Counted from the stretch's first letter, positions 1-10,454 are shown. The stretch is DNA of 64,000 nt from an uncultured delta proteobacterium (GCA_963827685.1 CAWHBU010000003.1:992001-1056000); one strand, 5' to 3'. The notes: generated from the letters alone by a model not told the origin. Made by a program: numbers and translations.

Positions 1-199
1 CAAAAGGTGGTTTAGATTCAAAAAAGGCCCAAAATCGCACAAAAAAAGACTGTAGCGGTTGGCTGTCGCTCGATAAAAAGAAAAGATCATCGTCGCAGCG
101 TCAGTGTTAGGTCTACTCTTTCATACGGGTGAGAGGATTGCGATGGAGAAAATTGGCCTCCGAACCGGTAGACGAAGAAAGGAATGAAAAGAGGGACAT

Positions 200-472
200 A
201 TGTCGTGGACGATAATAGGCATAGCCGCAGCCTCATTGACGATGTTCGGGTTTGTTCCACAGATCATCAAGATGTGGAAAACCCATTCGGTCAAGGATGT
301 GAGCGGATTGACACTCATTCAATTTGGTGCAGGGGCCACGTTATGGATGTTGTACGGAATGCATCTCCAAGATTTCATCGTGATTGGTGCAAATGCCATA
401 TCCCTGGCCACCCTCTTAATCGCATTGGGATCTTATCTGAAGCTAAATCAATCCATCGACTCCCCGACCTAA
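200..472 (+). CDS. SemiSWEET / PQ-loop (MtN3-like) transporter
   Basis: 90 aa, three hydrophobic helices, FVPQIIK (PQ motif) and KDVS, LWMLYG; RBS GAGGG upstream. Confidence 0.9.
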   Translation: MSWTIIGIAAASLTMFGFVPQIIKMWKTHSVKDVSGLTLIQFGAGATLWMLYGMHLQDFIVIGANAISLATLLIALGSYLKLNQSIDSPT

Positions 473-590
473 AGGTTCGGGGCTTGCCTTCGACCCGAAC
501 TCAGGCCGAGGGGCTCAGGGTTGACCCTGAGGGGCGCTTCTTTACCCCGCCTTCAAAGGTGGGGTTTGCCGTGGTCGAACGGGTCAAGGT
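465..590. repeat. Palindrome-rich non-autonomous element remnant (IS200/IS605 end-like)
   Basis: Hairpins CTCAGGGTTGACCCTGAG and CCCCGCCTTCAAAGGTGGGG, terminal GGGTCAA; related to 50693-50813 and 53838-53890. Confidence 0.45.
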
Positions 591-669
591 ATTCAACGCA
601 GGAGGGTGTGAGAATAAGATCTTAGCCATAAAAAAGTTGGCCGTTTCCAAATGCGGATTTCGGATTGCG

Positions 670-716
670 CCTGCCTGCCCTGCACCATGTTAGGTTCAGG
701 GCCTGCGGTAGGCAGG
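670..716. repeat. CCTG...CAGG micro-element carrying a nested CCCTG...CAGGG insert (678-701)
   Basis: cctgcctg[ccctgcaccatgttaggttcaggg]cctgcggtaggcagg; cctg is duplicated around the inner element. Confidence 0.7.
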
Positions 717-798
717 GAATGCAGATCGCAGAGATCGGAATCTAAATTGTTATTGAGTCCTTAAGTCAATCAAGTTCTTTAAAGAGTAGAGGTAATCA

Positions 799-1170
799 GT
801 GATGGAGAGACGCAAGGAAGAAAGATATGTTATGCCCGAACTATACCGGAAGTACATCACATTCAAAGTCAGGAAAGTAACCGGCGACTTGGTGGATGTC
901 GAACTCTTCAATTTTAGCCCCAAGGGTATCAGTATAAAAAGTCGATATGGGTTACCGGTTAATTCAGCCATGGAGTGTTTGATTGCTGCGCCTCAATCCC
1001 TCACAAGAGAAATTCCCTTCACCGGAAAGATCAAATATTGTATTCGGGACGAACCAGGGGGAGATTATCTGATCGGTGCAGAGATTTTTCGAACCGATGA
1101 CAAGATTTGGTTTGAGATCTTTTCGAAGGTCCATGATTTTATAAAAGAAAGAATCGGAGGCATCTATTAG
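799..1170 (+). CDS. PilZ domain protein
   Basis: ERRKEER (RxxxR) and NFSPKG (D/NxSxxG) c-di-GMP-binding motifs. Confidence 0.8.
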   Translation: MMERRKEERYVMPELYRKYITFKVRKVTGDLVDVELFNFSPKGISIKSRYGLPVNSAMECLIAAPQSLTREIPFTGKIKYCIRDEPGGDYLIGAEIFRTDDKIWFEIFSKVHDFIKERIGGIY

Positions 1171-1242
1171 CTGGCCATGTCCGCACGTCCATCATCAATG
1201 GAATCCAACCATGTCCCTATGACAGCCAAGAACTTGCTTAAA

Positions 1243-2283
1243 TCAGGAATGGCGGGAACCGGTAAAGAAGGGTTTGACGTCCCTACAGAGTTCCTCCGGA
1301 GAGACGACGCACATCACTTCATCATGAAGTTTTTCAAAATAGTTGATGTCACTCGTCTGCCACGGGGGGACAGTCATCCGGGGACAAAGCCTTCCATAGA
1401 CCCATGACTGAACCCCATCGCCATTTCCGGAAAACAGGGAAAGATTAAAGCTGACGATATGGCCTTTCAAATATTGAAAGACCCTGATCAGGCCCTGAGA
1501 AAAATCGGTCCAGTCTTCTGGGCTCACCTCGTCGATCGTCGATCGATTGGAAAAGAGAATCAGGATCTCTCCAAATATGCCCCGTGGTGAAAAGGCCGTC
1601 AAGAAATAGACCTCTCCTTGATGACTGATATATCTTTCCCCCCTCTTTATCTCTTCCAAAAGATAGCTCTGCCAAAAAGAAGGCATCCCTTCATCCTGAT
1701 ACCTTCTGATCCCCTCGATCACCTTTTGGTGGGAGGTCGTGGGAATATCCTGAACAAGGATCTGGATATGGGGATGGAATAATCCTGCTCCTGACGAGGG
1801 AAGGTAATTCCAATTAATGGAGCTATATTGACACTCGGGCTGGCTCTGTCCGATCCTTTTGATCCCATCCTGTGCCGCCAGAAAGCCGTCCCTCAATATC
1901 TCAACAGTAAATTGATCGAGATGGAGGAAATGCTCTTCACAAAGGACAATCACCCAATTGTAGCGAGCATAAGGAAATGCATTGGGAAACAACCATGCCC
2001 TTCCCCGGCGGATTCTTCCCTCGGAGGCAATCTCAGGTAAGAATTTTGGAGTGGATGAGGAGATTTGATCCGCGCAGAAGGGACAGACTTTCTTTGAAGC
2101 CTCCAGTATTTCCGGGGGAATGACGATTTCGGGATGCTTTCGACGGTAGGGAAGAATCCGAGACATATGACCGGTCAGGTCATCTCTTCTTATCTCAAGC
2201 GAAATAGATTTCTTCGAGAATCCTTCCTTTGGATCAAGGAACCAGGACTGATCTTCTTTCTTGAAAAACTCAATGCCAGCCAT
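1243..2283 (-). CDS. Galactose-1-phosphate uridylyltransferase-like (HIT/GalT) protein
   Basis: EIRRDDLTG, CPFC, FPNAFP, HPHIQ (HxHxQ); start placed at MAGIEF after a GGAGG RBS. Confidence 0.8.
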   Translation of the reverse strand: MAGIEFFKKEDQSWFLDPKEGFSKKSISLEIRRDDLTGHMSRILPYRRKHPEIVIPPEILEASKKVCPFCADQISSSTPKFLPEIASEGRIRRGRAWLFPNAFPYARYNWVIVLCEEHFLHLDQFTVEILRDGFLAAQDGIKRIGQSQPECQYSSINWNYLPSSGAGLFHPHIQILVQDIPTTSHQKVIEGIRRYQDEGMPSFWQSYLLEEIKRGERYISHQGEVYFLTAFSPRGIFGEILILFSNRSTIDEVSPEDWTDFSQGLIRVFQYLKGHIVSFNLSLFSGNGDGVQSWVYGRLCPRMTVPPWQTSDINYFEKLHDEVMCVVSPEELCRDVKPFFTGSRHS

Positions 2284-2304
2284 TTTCGTCCTCCACAATC
2301 TTCA

Positions 2305-2892
2305 TCATGAGAGTCCTGGATTGCCCCTGAGTCCTATTGCTTCGGCAACTCCCTGCATCCCCTTGATGGTATCCTCAATCAGTTCATCCAGCCCCACTCC
2401 CAGCATCTCCGCCCCTTTCTCGATGATCGACCGATCCACTCCCGCGGCAAATCGCTTGTCTTTCCATTTGTTCTTCACCGACTTCACCTGAACATCCAGG
2501 ACGCTTTTGGAGGGTCGGATGAGGGCGGTCGTCACAACAAGTCCGGTCAGTTCGTCGATGGCGTATAGGGCCTTTTCCAAAGCGGACTGCGGCATGATGT
2601 CCGAGCATATCCCCCACCCGTGGGAGACGGCCCCCCGGATATATTCCTCTGGCCACCCATGCTCCCGGAGGATCTCCCCTGTCTTGGAGCAGTGTTGATC
2701 GGGAAACCTTTCATAATCGAGATCGTGGATGAGACCGATGATTCCCCATTTCTCCTCGTCCTCGCCGCGCTTTCTGGCGATATAACGCATCACCCCTTCG
2801 ACGGCGTAGGCATGCTTGCGCAAGCTATCACTTTCATTATACTGATGCAGAAGCTCTAAGGCTTCCTGGCGCGTTGGTATTTTTTCTCCCAT
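2305..2892 (-). CDS. HDIG/HD domain metal-dependent hydrolase
   Basis: H...GLIHDLDYE...H...SHG...DELTG pattern. Confidence 0.88.
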   Translation of the reverse strand: MGEKIPTRQEALELLHQYNESDSLRKHAYAVEGVMRYIARKRGEDEEKWGIIGLIHDLDYERFPDQHCSKTGEILREHGWPEEYIRGAVSHGWGICSDIMPQSALEKALYAIDELTGLVVTTALIRPSKSVLDVQVKSVKNKWKDKRFAAGVDRSIIEKGAEMLGVGLDELIEDTIKGMQGVAEAIGLRGNPGLS

Positions 2893-2913
2893 CGTCGCAC
2901 CCCCTTCCTATGA

Positions 2914-3828
2914 TCATTTCTTTTTATATTTGATGAAAGTCCCATTTTGATACTCTTCAAAGGCTACCCTCAATTCCTCCTGGGTGTTCATCACGATCGG
3001 GCCATACCAGGCCACAGGCTCTCCAAGCGGTTTTCCTGATATGAGAAGAAATCTTACGGGTTTCTCCTTAGTGGAAACAACCACTTCATCACCCTCATCG
3101 AATAGGATCAGAGTCTCAGAACCCATAAAACAGTCTCTCTTAAAGTCGAAATAATTCGCTCCTTCCACTTCGTAAGCGTAGGAGTCCCGTCCGGGATCAA
3201 AGTATCCCTTCCCTTCTATGACGTAGGCAAAGACGGTATGATCTCTTTTTGCAGGATGTGTAAAATTAGATTTTGACGGAACGGTAATATCCAGATACGC
3301 GGGATCGATGATGATATCCTGCACCGGACCTTCCACACCGTTCACTTCTCCGCAAATAATTTTTACCTTCACTCCATGATCCAATGTCACTTCCGGAATT
3401 TGTTTACTTTTGACATCGCGGTAGCGAGGGTCCATCATCTTATGGGAAGCGGGGAGATTTGCCCACAGTTGGAAGCCCCACATCAATCCATCTTTCTGAC
3501 CTTTGGGCATTTCCTGGTGGATAATCCCACTCCCAGCCGTCATCCATTGGACGTCTCCCGGGGAAATGATCCCCCTGTTTCCCATGCTGTCCCCGTGTTC
3601 AACCTTGCCATAAAGCATATAGGTGATGGTCTCGATCCCCCGATGCGGGTGCCATGGAAAACCTTTGATATAGTGATCGGGGTTATCAGAATGAAAATCG
3701 TCGAGAAGGAGAAAGGGATCGAGCCGAGGGACCTGGTAATATCCAAACGCCCTCTTCAAATGGACACCTGCTCCTTCAAGGGTTGGTTTACTCTTCAATA
3801 TTTTCTTAATTTTTCTTATCTTTTTCAT
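2914..3828 (-). CDS. Pirin family protein
   Basis: DPFLLLDDF, GFPWHPHRGIETITY, MTAGSGIIHQE, GPIVMN. Confidence 0.95.
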   Translation of the reverse strand: MKKIRKIKKILKSKPTLEGAGVHLKRAFGYYQVPRLDPFLLLDDFHSDNPDHYIKGFPWHPHRGIETITYMLYGKVEHGDSMGNRGIISPGDVQWMTAGSGIIHQEMPKGQKDGLMWGFQLWANLPASHKMMDPRYRDVKSKQIPEVTLDHGVKVKIICGEVNGVEGPVQDIIIDPAYLDITVPSKSNFTHPAKRDHTVFAYVIEGKGYFDPGRDSYAYEVEGANYFDFKRDCFMGSETLILFDEGDEVVVSTKEKPVRFLLISGKPLGEPVAWYGPIVMNTQEELRVAFEEYQNGTFIKYKKK

Positions 3829-3945
3829 GAAAATCCTCCTGCCCACATATAATATATAAGATGATACATTCTCATCCGATTTGCAAATCCTGCTCTTTCT
3901 TCTTTGAAGTTTCTTCTTTTAAAATGGACATTGATTCCATCCAGT

Positions 3946-4093
3946 CCCCCTCTCCCTTGATGCCTGCCTGCGCGAAGCCGCTTCGGCGAAGGCAGGGGAG
4001 AGGGCTGCCTGCCTGCCGGTAGGCAGGGGGTGAGGGTGCATTATCACCTTTTTTATCCCCCTCCCCTCAATCCCCTCCCGCCAGGGGAGGGGA
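3946..4093. repeat. GC-rich hairpin repeat with two CCTG...CAGG micro-inserts (3963-3996, 4008-4027)
   Basis: Near reverse-complement copy at 55143-55302; host hairpin CCCTCTCCC-TTGAT-GGGAGAGGG is interrupted by a 34-bp insert. Confidence 0.8.
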
Positions 4094-4273
4094 GTTTTTT
4101 TGTTTGTTTTTTTTAATGTCTATTTTTCTTCTTTTAAAATGGATTGCCAAACGATGAAATGGATAATAATATCGAGGTGGCACTGATAAAAAATGGGTTT
4201 CAGATTTGGACCATCAATACTCTATATCATCGAAGGGGGACACCCCTTTTCCGTAGCGTGAGTGTGAGGTGGT

Positions 4274-4894
4274 TTAAACAAAGAATGGGTTTGTTCTTCT
4301 TTCCCTTCCAACCGTTGTCTTTGGTCCGTGCCCTGGATAGATGACAACATCATCACCCAGAGGAAAGATCTTCTCCCGCACATGACGTAAAAGGGCTTCA
4401 TAATCGCCTCCGGGGAAGTCGGTCCGGCCGATGGAGCCAGCAAAAAGGCTATCTCCCACAAATACCATCCTGTCGGTCAATAGTGAAATTCCCCCTTCGG
4501 AATGGCCAGGAGTATGGAGAACTTTCAACGAGATGTCGCCAAAGGTAATGAATTCTCCTTCTTCTACGTAACGGTCAGGAGCAGGAGAATTCTCAACCTT
4601 CATCCCCCACATCCCCCCGCTGGCTGCCTGATGCACGACCATAGGCGCGTCGGCACGGTGGATGACCAGTTGGGCCCCAGTCACCTCCTTGAGCCGCTTA
4701 TTTCCGGCGGAATGGTCAAAGTGGCCATGGGTATTGATAATATAGACACAGCGTAGGTTGTCTCTGGCCAGTGCCATCAATATCTTGTCCACATCTCCCC
4801 CGGGATCGATGACTGCTGCCTCTCTCGTTCGTTCACAACCAAGGACATAGCAATTTGATTGAATGGGTCCCACCACTAACATTTTCAGTATCAC
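4274..4894 (-). CDS. MBL-fold metallo-hydrolase (glyoxalase II-like)
   Basis: THGHFDH, HTPGHS, GDSLF, GRTD, PGHG. Confidence 0.93.
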   Translation of the reverse strand: MILKMLVVGPIQSNCYVLGCERTREAAVIDPGGDVDKILMALARDNLRCVYIINTHGHFDHSAGNKRLKEVTGAQLVIHRADAPMVVHQAASGGMWGMKVENSPAPDRYVEEGEFITFGDISLKVLHTPGHSEGGISLLTDRMVFVGDSLFAGSIGRTDFPGGDYEALLRHVREKIFPLGDDVVIYPGHGPKTTVGRERRTNPFFV

Positions 4895-4983
4895 AAAAAC
4901 ACCTCCTAAGATATCTACAAAATGAGCAAATTCAAAGGCAATCTTTCATGACGGGTTCGTCACCGACGAACCATGAAAATCAA

Positions 4984-5032
4984 TAACCCCCCTTCATCCC
5001 CCCTTAGTTTAAGGGGGGATGAAGGGGGGTTA
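4984..5032. repeat. Perfect 23-bp-arm palindrome (REP-like)
   Basis: TAACCCCCCTTCATCCCCCCTTA-gtt-TAAGGGGGGATGAAGGGGGGTTA. Confidence 0.85.
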
Positions 5033-5265
5033 GGGTTAGGGTTACGAAGCCCGTTTGGTCTATAGTCAAAGGGTTACGTCAAGTTCTTAGGACCAATAAC
5101 CTAACCGAATGACGATACGGGCATCCTTACCCTTACCGTGGGACGAAACCTATTTTCTAGGCAATTATTTGATCATAGTTTAATAGTGGAAAAGAGAATC
5201 GTCAAGATCGTAAAAATTGAAGGAGACTCTTTCCTCCTTCCCAAAATGGTGCTAAATTTAGAGTC

Positions 5266-6057
5266 ATGATTGATTATTCCTCACTCGACCAGCCATTCCT
5301 ATTGCAATTTATTTTCTATCCCCGGAAGGATTTTAGCCCATGCCCTGGAAATGCCTTCGATCTCTCCATAGCGGTGGAGGACAGTGCCTCCATCTCTTGC
5401 CGCTTTTACACGGGCCATCGAGAATGGCCGTGGATTCTATTTTTCCACGGGAATGGGGAGGTGGTGAGTGATTATGATGAGATCTCTGCCTTTTACCACC
5501 AAAAGAAGACGAACCTGATCGTGGCCGATTACAGGGGTTATGGAGCCAGTACCGGGACCCCTACCCTCACCCATCTCGCCCAGGATGCCCATGTCATCTT
5601 TAAAGAGGTCAGAGAGGAACTCTCCAGAAGAAATCTACGAAAAGACCTGTGGGTGATGGGAAGGTCTCTCGGAAGTATCTCTGCCGTGGAACTGGCCTAT
5701 CACCATCAAGAAGAGATGAAGGGGCTCATCATTGAGAGTGGTTTCCCCAGCGTGGTGAGGATCATGTCTCATCTCGGAATCCCTGCACAGGTCATGGGTC
5801 TGGAAAAGATCGATCTGGAGTGCCTGGAGAGAATTAAGAAGATATTCCTCCCCACCCTCGTCATTCATGGCGATCACGACAGTCTCGTCCCTCTCGAAAA
5901 TGCAAAGGCTATCTATCAGCATCTCGGAACACGAGAAAAGAGACTTCTCGTCATCCCTTCGGCTACCCATAACGACATCATGCTCGTCGGCTTCAAGGAT
6001 TATTTCAACGCCATTCAACAATTTATTGAGAAGACAGATCGAACCCAAGAAAGATAA
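5266..6057 (+). CDS. Alpha/beta hydrolase
   Basis: FFHGNGE, DYRGYG, GRSLG nucleophile elbow, HGDHD, HND. Confidence 0.92.
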   Translation: MIDYSSLDQPFLLQFIFYPRKDFSPCPGNAFDLSIAVEDSASISCRFYTGHREWPWILFFHGNGEVVSDYDEISAFYHQKKTNLIVADYRGYGASTGTPTLTHLAQDAHVIFKEVREELSRRNLRKDLWVMGRSLGSISAVELAYHHQEEMKGLIIESGFPSVVRIMSHLGIPAQVMGLEKIDLECLERIKKIFLPTLVIHGDHDSLVPLENAKAIYQHLGTREKRLLVIPSATHNDIMLVGFKDYFNAIQQFIEKTDRTQER

Positions 6058-6131
6058 CAAAGGGAAGAAACGGTGATACAGAATTATTCCCCAAATCCCG
6101 ATTTGGAGAATGAAAACGCTTTCCTCATTCT

Positions 6132-6311
6132 GTCATTGCGAGTACCTGAAAGGTGCGTGCCTGCACGCCGAAGTGCTTGCCTTTGTTGAAGCAGATATGT
6201 GCAGCCAAACGTTCCGGCGCGCAAGCGTGCCTGCGCGCTGAAGCGCTCCGGCGCGCAAGCGTGGCAATCTCATTGAAAAAAACGAGATTGCTTCGTTTCA
6301 CTCGCAACGGC
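6132..6311. repeat. GTCATTGCGAG...GGCAATCTC/GAGATTGC...CTCGCAA REP-like element with nested inserts
   Basis: Same terminal motifs at 42122-42239 and 51096-51186; two tandem GCCTGC...GCGCAAGCGT inserts. Confidence 0.75.
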
Positions 6312-6467
6312 ACTTTTCTAAATCGGAATTTGGGTATTCTGTTCACCTATATTCGAGGGAATAATTCTGTTATAGTGATAGGCATAATCGTTTGCATTAA
6401 GTTGGGTAAAGGATAGTCGTGGAAACAATATTCGGACAATGAGGTGTTCTGAGGAAAGGAAAAACAA

Positions 6468-6896
6468 ATGGCACAGCCAAAACAAGGCGATACGGTGAAG
6501 GTGCATTACACGGTTAGACTGGGGGACGGTGTGATCCTGGGTTCCACGACTGACCACGAACCTCTTCAATTCACCATCGGTGAAGGGCGGGTCCTTCCAG
6601 GCTTTGAACAAGCCGTGGTCGGGATGAATCCGGGCGAATTGAAGACGATCGAGGTTCTCTCGGATAATGCCTTTGGCCCACATCTTGACGAATTGGTCGT
6701 GGACGTGGCTCGAAGTCGATTGTCAGCGGAATTCGAGCCCAAGGCGGGTGAACAGGTACAATTACAAGAGAAGGATGGCCAGGCCGCGACGGTCTTAATA
6801 ACCGACGTCTCTGAATCGAGCATCACCATCGATGCCAACCATCCGCTGGCAGGTAAAGACCTGACCTTTGATATCCAGTTCATCGAGGTCGTTTAA
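6468..6896 (+). CDS. FKBP-type peptidyl-prolyl cis-trans isomerase (SlyD-like, no His tail)
   Basis: GDTVKVHY, EPLQFTIG, DANHPLAGKDLTF. Confidence 0.93.
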   Translation: MAQPKQGDTVKVHYTVRLGDGVILGSTTDHEPLQFTIGEGRVLPGFEQAVVGMNPGELKTIEVLSDNAFGPHLDELVVDVARSRLSAEFEPKAGEQVQLQEKDGQAATVLITDVSESSITIDANHPLAGKDLTFDIQFIEVV

Positions 6897-7086
6897 TTCT
6901 TTCCTCTTGTGACAAACGATTGAACTCTCGCTGAAAAAATAGTAAAAATGGGGATAGAGAGACCGGCGCAAAATGTTTTGCGACTGAGCTTGCATGTTCA
7001 AACTTGGTAAATCTTGGGGACGGCTCTAAAAAAAACTTCGCAAATAGGAATAGTTTCATGATAATTATTATTGGTGGCAGGGAAAG

Positions 7087-7992
7087 ATGGTAATGACGAA
7101 CTTTTCTCAAGATGGCGCACACGAAAAGAGATGGGCTGCAATGAGTTCTGTCATTGCGGCTGTGGGCTTGACGGGTTTCAAGATTATCGTAGGGCTTACC
7201 ACAGGAAGTCTGGGCATTCTCGCCGAAGCGGCCCATTCCGGACTTGATCTCATGGCTGCGCTGATGACCTTCCTGGCAGTCAGAATTTCCGGCAAACCAG
7301 CGGACAGCACTCACCTTTACGGCCACGGTAAAGCAGAAAACCTCTCTGCACTTTTTGAAACCCTGCTGCTTCTGGTGACATGCTTTTGGATCATCTACGA
7401 GGCCACCCACCGTCTTCTGTTTCATCCGGTTGATTTGAAAGTCACCTTCTGGTCTTTCGCCGTCATGATCACATCCATCGGGGTAGATATCTCCCGTTCT
7501 CGTGTCCTTTATCGGGCAGCCAGGAAGTATCACAGCCAGGCCCTTGAAGCCGATGCCTTGCACTTCAGTACCGATATCTGGAGCTCTGCTGTAGTCATCT
7601 TGGGACTGGTTTGTGTGAAGATCAGTGGGTGGGTACCGGGTTTGGCGTTCCTGCACCAAGCGGATTCGGTCGCAGCCATCATGGTGGGATTGATTGTGGT
7701 TTACATCAGTGTAAAACTCGGGATTAGCACGATCCAAGCACTCTTGGACGTTGCTCCATCAGGCATTGAAAGAGAAATCATATCTGCGGTAGAAGTCCTC
7801 CCAGGCGTAACCGATTGTCACAACGTGAGGGTGCGTTACTCAGGTCCGCAGCTTTTTGTGGACATCCATGTCCTCGTGGATGGCAACCAAACCTTAAAAG
7901 AAGCCCACAATCTTACGGAAGAAATCGAGCGTACCATCCAGAAGCTTGCACCGAATGCTGATGTCACTGTCCACCCTGAGCCAAACTTGTAA
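7087..7992 (+). CDS. Cation diffusion facilitator family transporter
   Basis: AEAAHSGLD, HLYGHGKAE, ADALHFSTD, C-terminal ZT dimer domain with VHPEP. Confidence 0.95.
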   Translation: MVMTNFSQDGAHEKRWAAMSSVIAAVGLTGFKIIVGLTTGSLGILAEAAHSGLDLMAALMTFLAVRISGKPADSTHLYGHGKAENLSALFETLLLLVTCFWIIYEATHRLLFHPVDLKVTFWSFAVMITSIGVDISRSRVLYRAARKYHSQALEADALHFSTDIWSSAVVILGLVCVKISGWVPGLAFLHQADSVAAIMVGLIVVYISVKLGISTIQALLDVAPSGIEREIISAVEVLPGVTDCHNVRVRYSGPQLFVDIHVLVDGNQTLKEAHNLTEEIERTIQKLAPNADVTVHPEPNL

Positions 7993-8065
7993 TGAGGAGT
8001 TTGGGGAGCTATTCTAAAAAGTATTTTTCTTATAAACTACATGATGATAGTTATTGGGAGGGAGG

Positions 8066-8800
8066 ATGGGAAAAGAGATCGAGAAGAATGGACAGAGTAA
8101 GGTTAATGGGTCAAAACTGAAACCACCTTATCTGGAAAAGATCGATGAACGAGGCAATCTGCAGGTATGGATTGTTGATGGCAGTTACATTCGGGGCCAT
8201 ATCGATGAGGAATTCACTAATTTTGGACAACATTATAGTTTCCCTTACATCCCCAAAAACGAACTCTGGATTGAGATGGAAACCAAAACCAATGAGCGGC
8301 AGTTCTTCATTGATCATCTGCTGGTGGAGCATCGGTTAATGGCACAGGGTGTTCCCTATAACAAGTCTCTGGAAGAAGCGGATAGGGTGGAACGAAAAGA
8401 GAGGCGCCGCGCTGGAGATGTGGGCCGTTTAACACATCATGGTAAGGAACTCCCGGATGGTCGAGAGGTTCACCAGCGGCTTTGGAAAAAACTCGAGAAT
8501 GGCGTTAGTGTCTGGATCATCAACGGTCGCCTTGTTCGAAGCGTGTTTGATATCGACTTTACTGAAGGCGGGCATGATTATGTTTACGAATTTGTGCCGG
8601 AAAACGAAGTCTGGATTGACGATGCCATGGAAGAGAAAGAGCGTGGTTATGTGCTTTTGCATGAACTGCACGAACGTAATCGTATGGCCAGTGGCTGGTC
8701 ATACAACAAGGCCCACGCCGAATCCAGCCGAATCGAAAATCGCTGTCGCCATCATCCCGAAGAGCTGCACGAGGCATTAGCAGCCGAGGGCTGGGAGTGA
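8066..8800 (+). CDS. Hypothetical protein with an internally duplicated domain and a HExxE motif
   Basis: Two homologous halves (VWIVDGSYIR/VWIINGRLVR; PKNELWIE/PENEVWID; HLLVEHRLM/HELHERNRM); GGAGG RBS. Confidence 0.8.
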   Translation: MGKEIEKNGQSKVNGSKLKPPYLEKIDERGNLQVWIVDGSYIRGHIDEEFTNFGQHYSFPYIPKNELWIEMETKTNERQFFIDHLLVEHRLMAQGVPYNKSLEEADRVERKERRRAGDVGRLTHHGKELPDGREVHQRLWKKLENGVSVWIINGRLVRSVFDIDFTEGGHDYVYEFVPENEVWIDDAMEEKERGYVLLHELHERNRMASGWSYNKAHAESSRIENRCRHHPEELHEALAAEGWE

Positions 8801-8817
8801 GGGACTACTCCGTCCGT

Positions 8818-9828
8818 TTACGGTTTGAACGCCTCAACCAATGCATCCATGTGCTCCCCTTTCTGGAGGAGGTGGATTTCAATAAAACCTGCCTGTTCTA
8901 AGCAAGCCTTGATTTCATCGTAAGTATACGTCCTGCCAGCAGCAGTGGAGACGAGCATATTGACGGCGAAGAGGGCGCCTTCCTTCGGGCGGGTCCGGTC
9001 CGGCTCCATGATGTGATCACGAATGACAACCCGGCCGCCCCGTTTCAGAGACTGGAACACGTTGCGAAAGAGGCTCACATTTTGTTCCAGGCTGTTCTGG
9101 TGAATGATAGCCGAGATGAACGTCAAGTCATGGCCGGCCGGTAGCTTGTCCTGATAAAAATCGCCTGGAACCAAGGTTACCCGATCCAAAACCCCTGCCT
9201 TCCCTAAGCGTTGACGGGCTATCTCAATGACATCCGGTTTGTCGAATAAGGTCGCCTTCATTTCGGGAGCGGCCTGAAGAAAAGCTACGGTGTAAGTCCC
9301 GGAAGCCCCGCCCACATCGAGTAAGGTTCTTGCTGGGCCGGCATGGATATCCGCAACAATCTGGGGGGCTAAGGGCTTCGCGATGACGTCCATGGCCCCG
9401 ATGAAGGCTCGCAGCTCATCAGAACCTTGAAAAGAAGCAGTCAACTGATCGGACACTTGAGCGCCCCGGACGATACTCGTCAGGCTGGACCATCTCCTCC
9501 AGAGGCTGGCCATATGGAGAACCATGGGTAGAACCGAATCAGGAGTATCTGCAGAAAGAAAACGTGAGACGGAAGGGGGACATTGATAGGCCTCTCCTCG
9601 CTTGACCAGAAGGCCCATTGCCGAAAGAGCGTCCAAGAAGATCGTTAAACCCCTTGTGTCAGCACCGATTCTGCTCGCCACTTCCTGGACGGGGAGAGGA
9701 GTTGGCGTAAGAATGGTGAAGAGGTTAAGTTCGGCGGCCGAAAGAAAAACTCGGGATTCCATAAAACTGCGAGCCAAACCCAAGACATCTTGTAAATTGA
9801 CATGGTTCATTTCGTTCATCTTATCCAT
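8818..9828 (-). CDS. SAM-dependent O-methyltransferase (dimerisation domain plus Methyltransf_2)
   Basis: SAAELNLF N-terminal domain, LLDVGGASG, GDFY. Confidence 0.9.
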   Translation of the reverse strand: MDKMNEMNHVNLQDVLGLARSFMESRVFLSAAELNLFTILTPTPLPVQEVASRIGADTRGLTIFLDALSAMGLLVKRGEAYQCPPSVSRFLSADTPDSVLPMVLHMASLWRRWSSLTSIVRGAQVSDQLTASFQGSDELRAFIGAMDVIAKPLAPQIVADIHAGPARTLLDVGGASGTYTVAFLQAAPEMKATLFDKPDVIEIARQRLGKAGVLDRVTLVPGDFYQDKLPAGHDLTFISAIIHQNSLEQNVSLFRNVFQSLKRGGRVVIRDHIMEPDRTRPKEGALFAVNMLVSTAAGRTYTYDEIKACLEQAGFIEIHLLQKGEHMDALVEAFKP

Positions 9829-10067
9829 CTCCTCATCATCTATCGCAAATAAGCCGAAGAAGGGTTGCTTAGGTGTCCGCCTCGATTAAATACATACAGA
9901 CCTATCCTCAATGATTCTATTTTACATGGTTTCTTCCCGCTTGCCACCCCGAAGAACTACTCAAAGTAGGGTATTTTTCTTTGAGAAATACCGAGTAGAC
10001 CTCATTCATTTCTCCACGCCTTTTAGATAAGGTGGTTACAGGTAAAATCCGAAAGGAGGGGAAAACA

Positions 10068-10454
10068 ATGGCAAAGGTTTTTATTGGAATCATGGGACTG
10101 TTATTAATATCCCTTCTTTTAAGAATGAATCATTTTTCAAGAGAGAACAATTTGGTGCAGCTTGCTGTTGAAACGGTGAGAATCCAGGCGGATCTGCCTG
10201 ACGAGGTGGAAGTTAAATTTGTTGAGAAGCGAGAGAGTCCAATCCCTGACTTTTACATGGTTAAATTACTCGTCGTAAGGAATGATGAAGAGGTTCCAAT
10301 TGTGGTCTATGTCGATAGATCTGCCGAAAAGGTTATTGTTGGAACCCTTTTCATCAAAGGAGAAGATGTAACACTAAGAGAAGCAGGAGAACCTCGAATC
10401 CCGAAAATCGACTTGGGAAAGGTTGAACTTGGAAAAACCTCCCTTTTTTACTGA
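10068..10454 (+). CDS. DsbC/DsbG N-terminal-like exported protein, apparently lacking the thioredoxin domain
   Basis: N-terminal TM helix, ESPIPDFYMVKL...VYVD...VIVGTLF; no CxxC; GGAGG RBS. Confidence 0.55.
   Translation: MAKVFIGIMGLLLISLLLRMNHFSRENNLVQLAVETVRIQADLPDEVEVKFVEKRESPIPDFYMVKLLVVRNDEEVPIVVYVDRSAEKVIVGTLFIKGEDVTLREAGEPRIPKIDLGKVELGKTSLFY

Noticed and set aside
184-693. 169-aa ORF and other ORFs over repeats (6125-6416, 42052-42309, 51097-51455, 55178-55420, 57970-58164)
   Set aside because: They are translations of palindromic repeat DNA or overlap better-supported genes.
5025-5045. Telomere-like GGGTTA repeats
   Set aside because: Only about three copies next to a palindrome arm, so most likely part of the repeat element.
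6880-7737. Long antisense ORFs (also 12710-13486, 39781-40371, 45680-46288)
   Set aside because: They shadow well-supported genes on the opposite strand and have no recognisable motifs.
10452-10454. Sec read-through of the DsbC-like ORF
   Set aside because: The downstream frame has no thioredoxin-like sequence or xxC motif.
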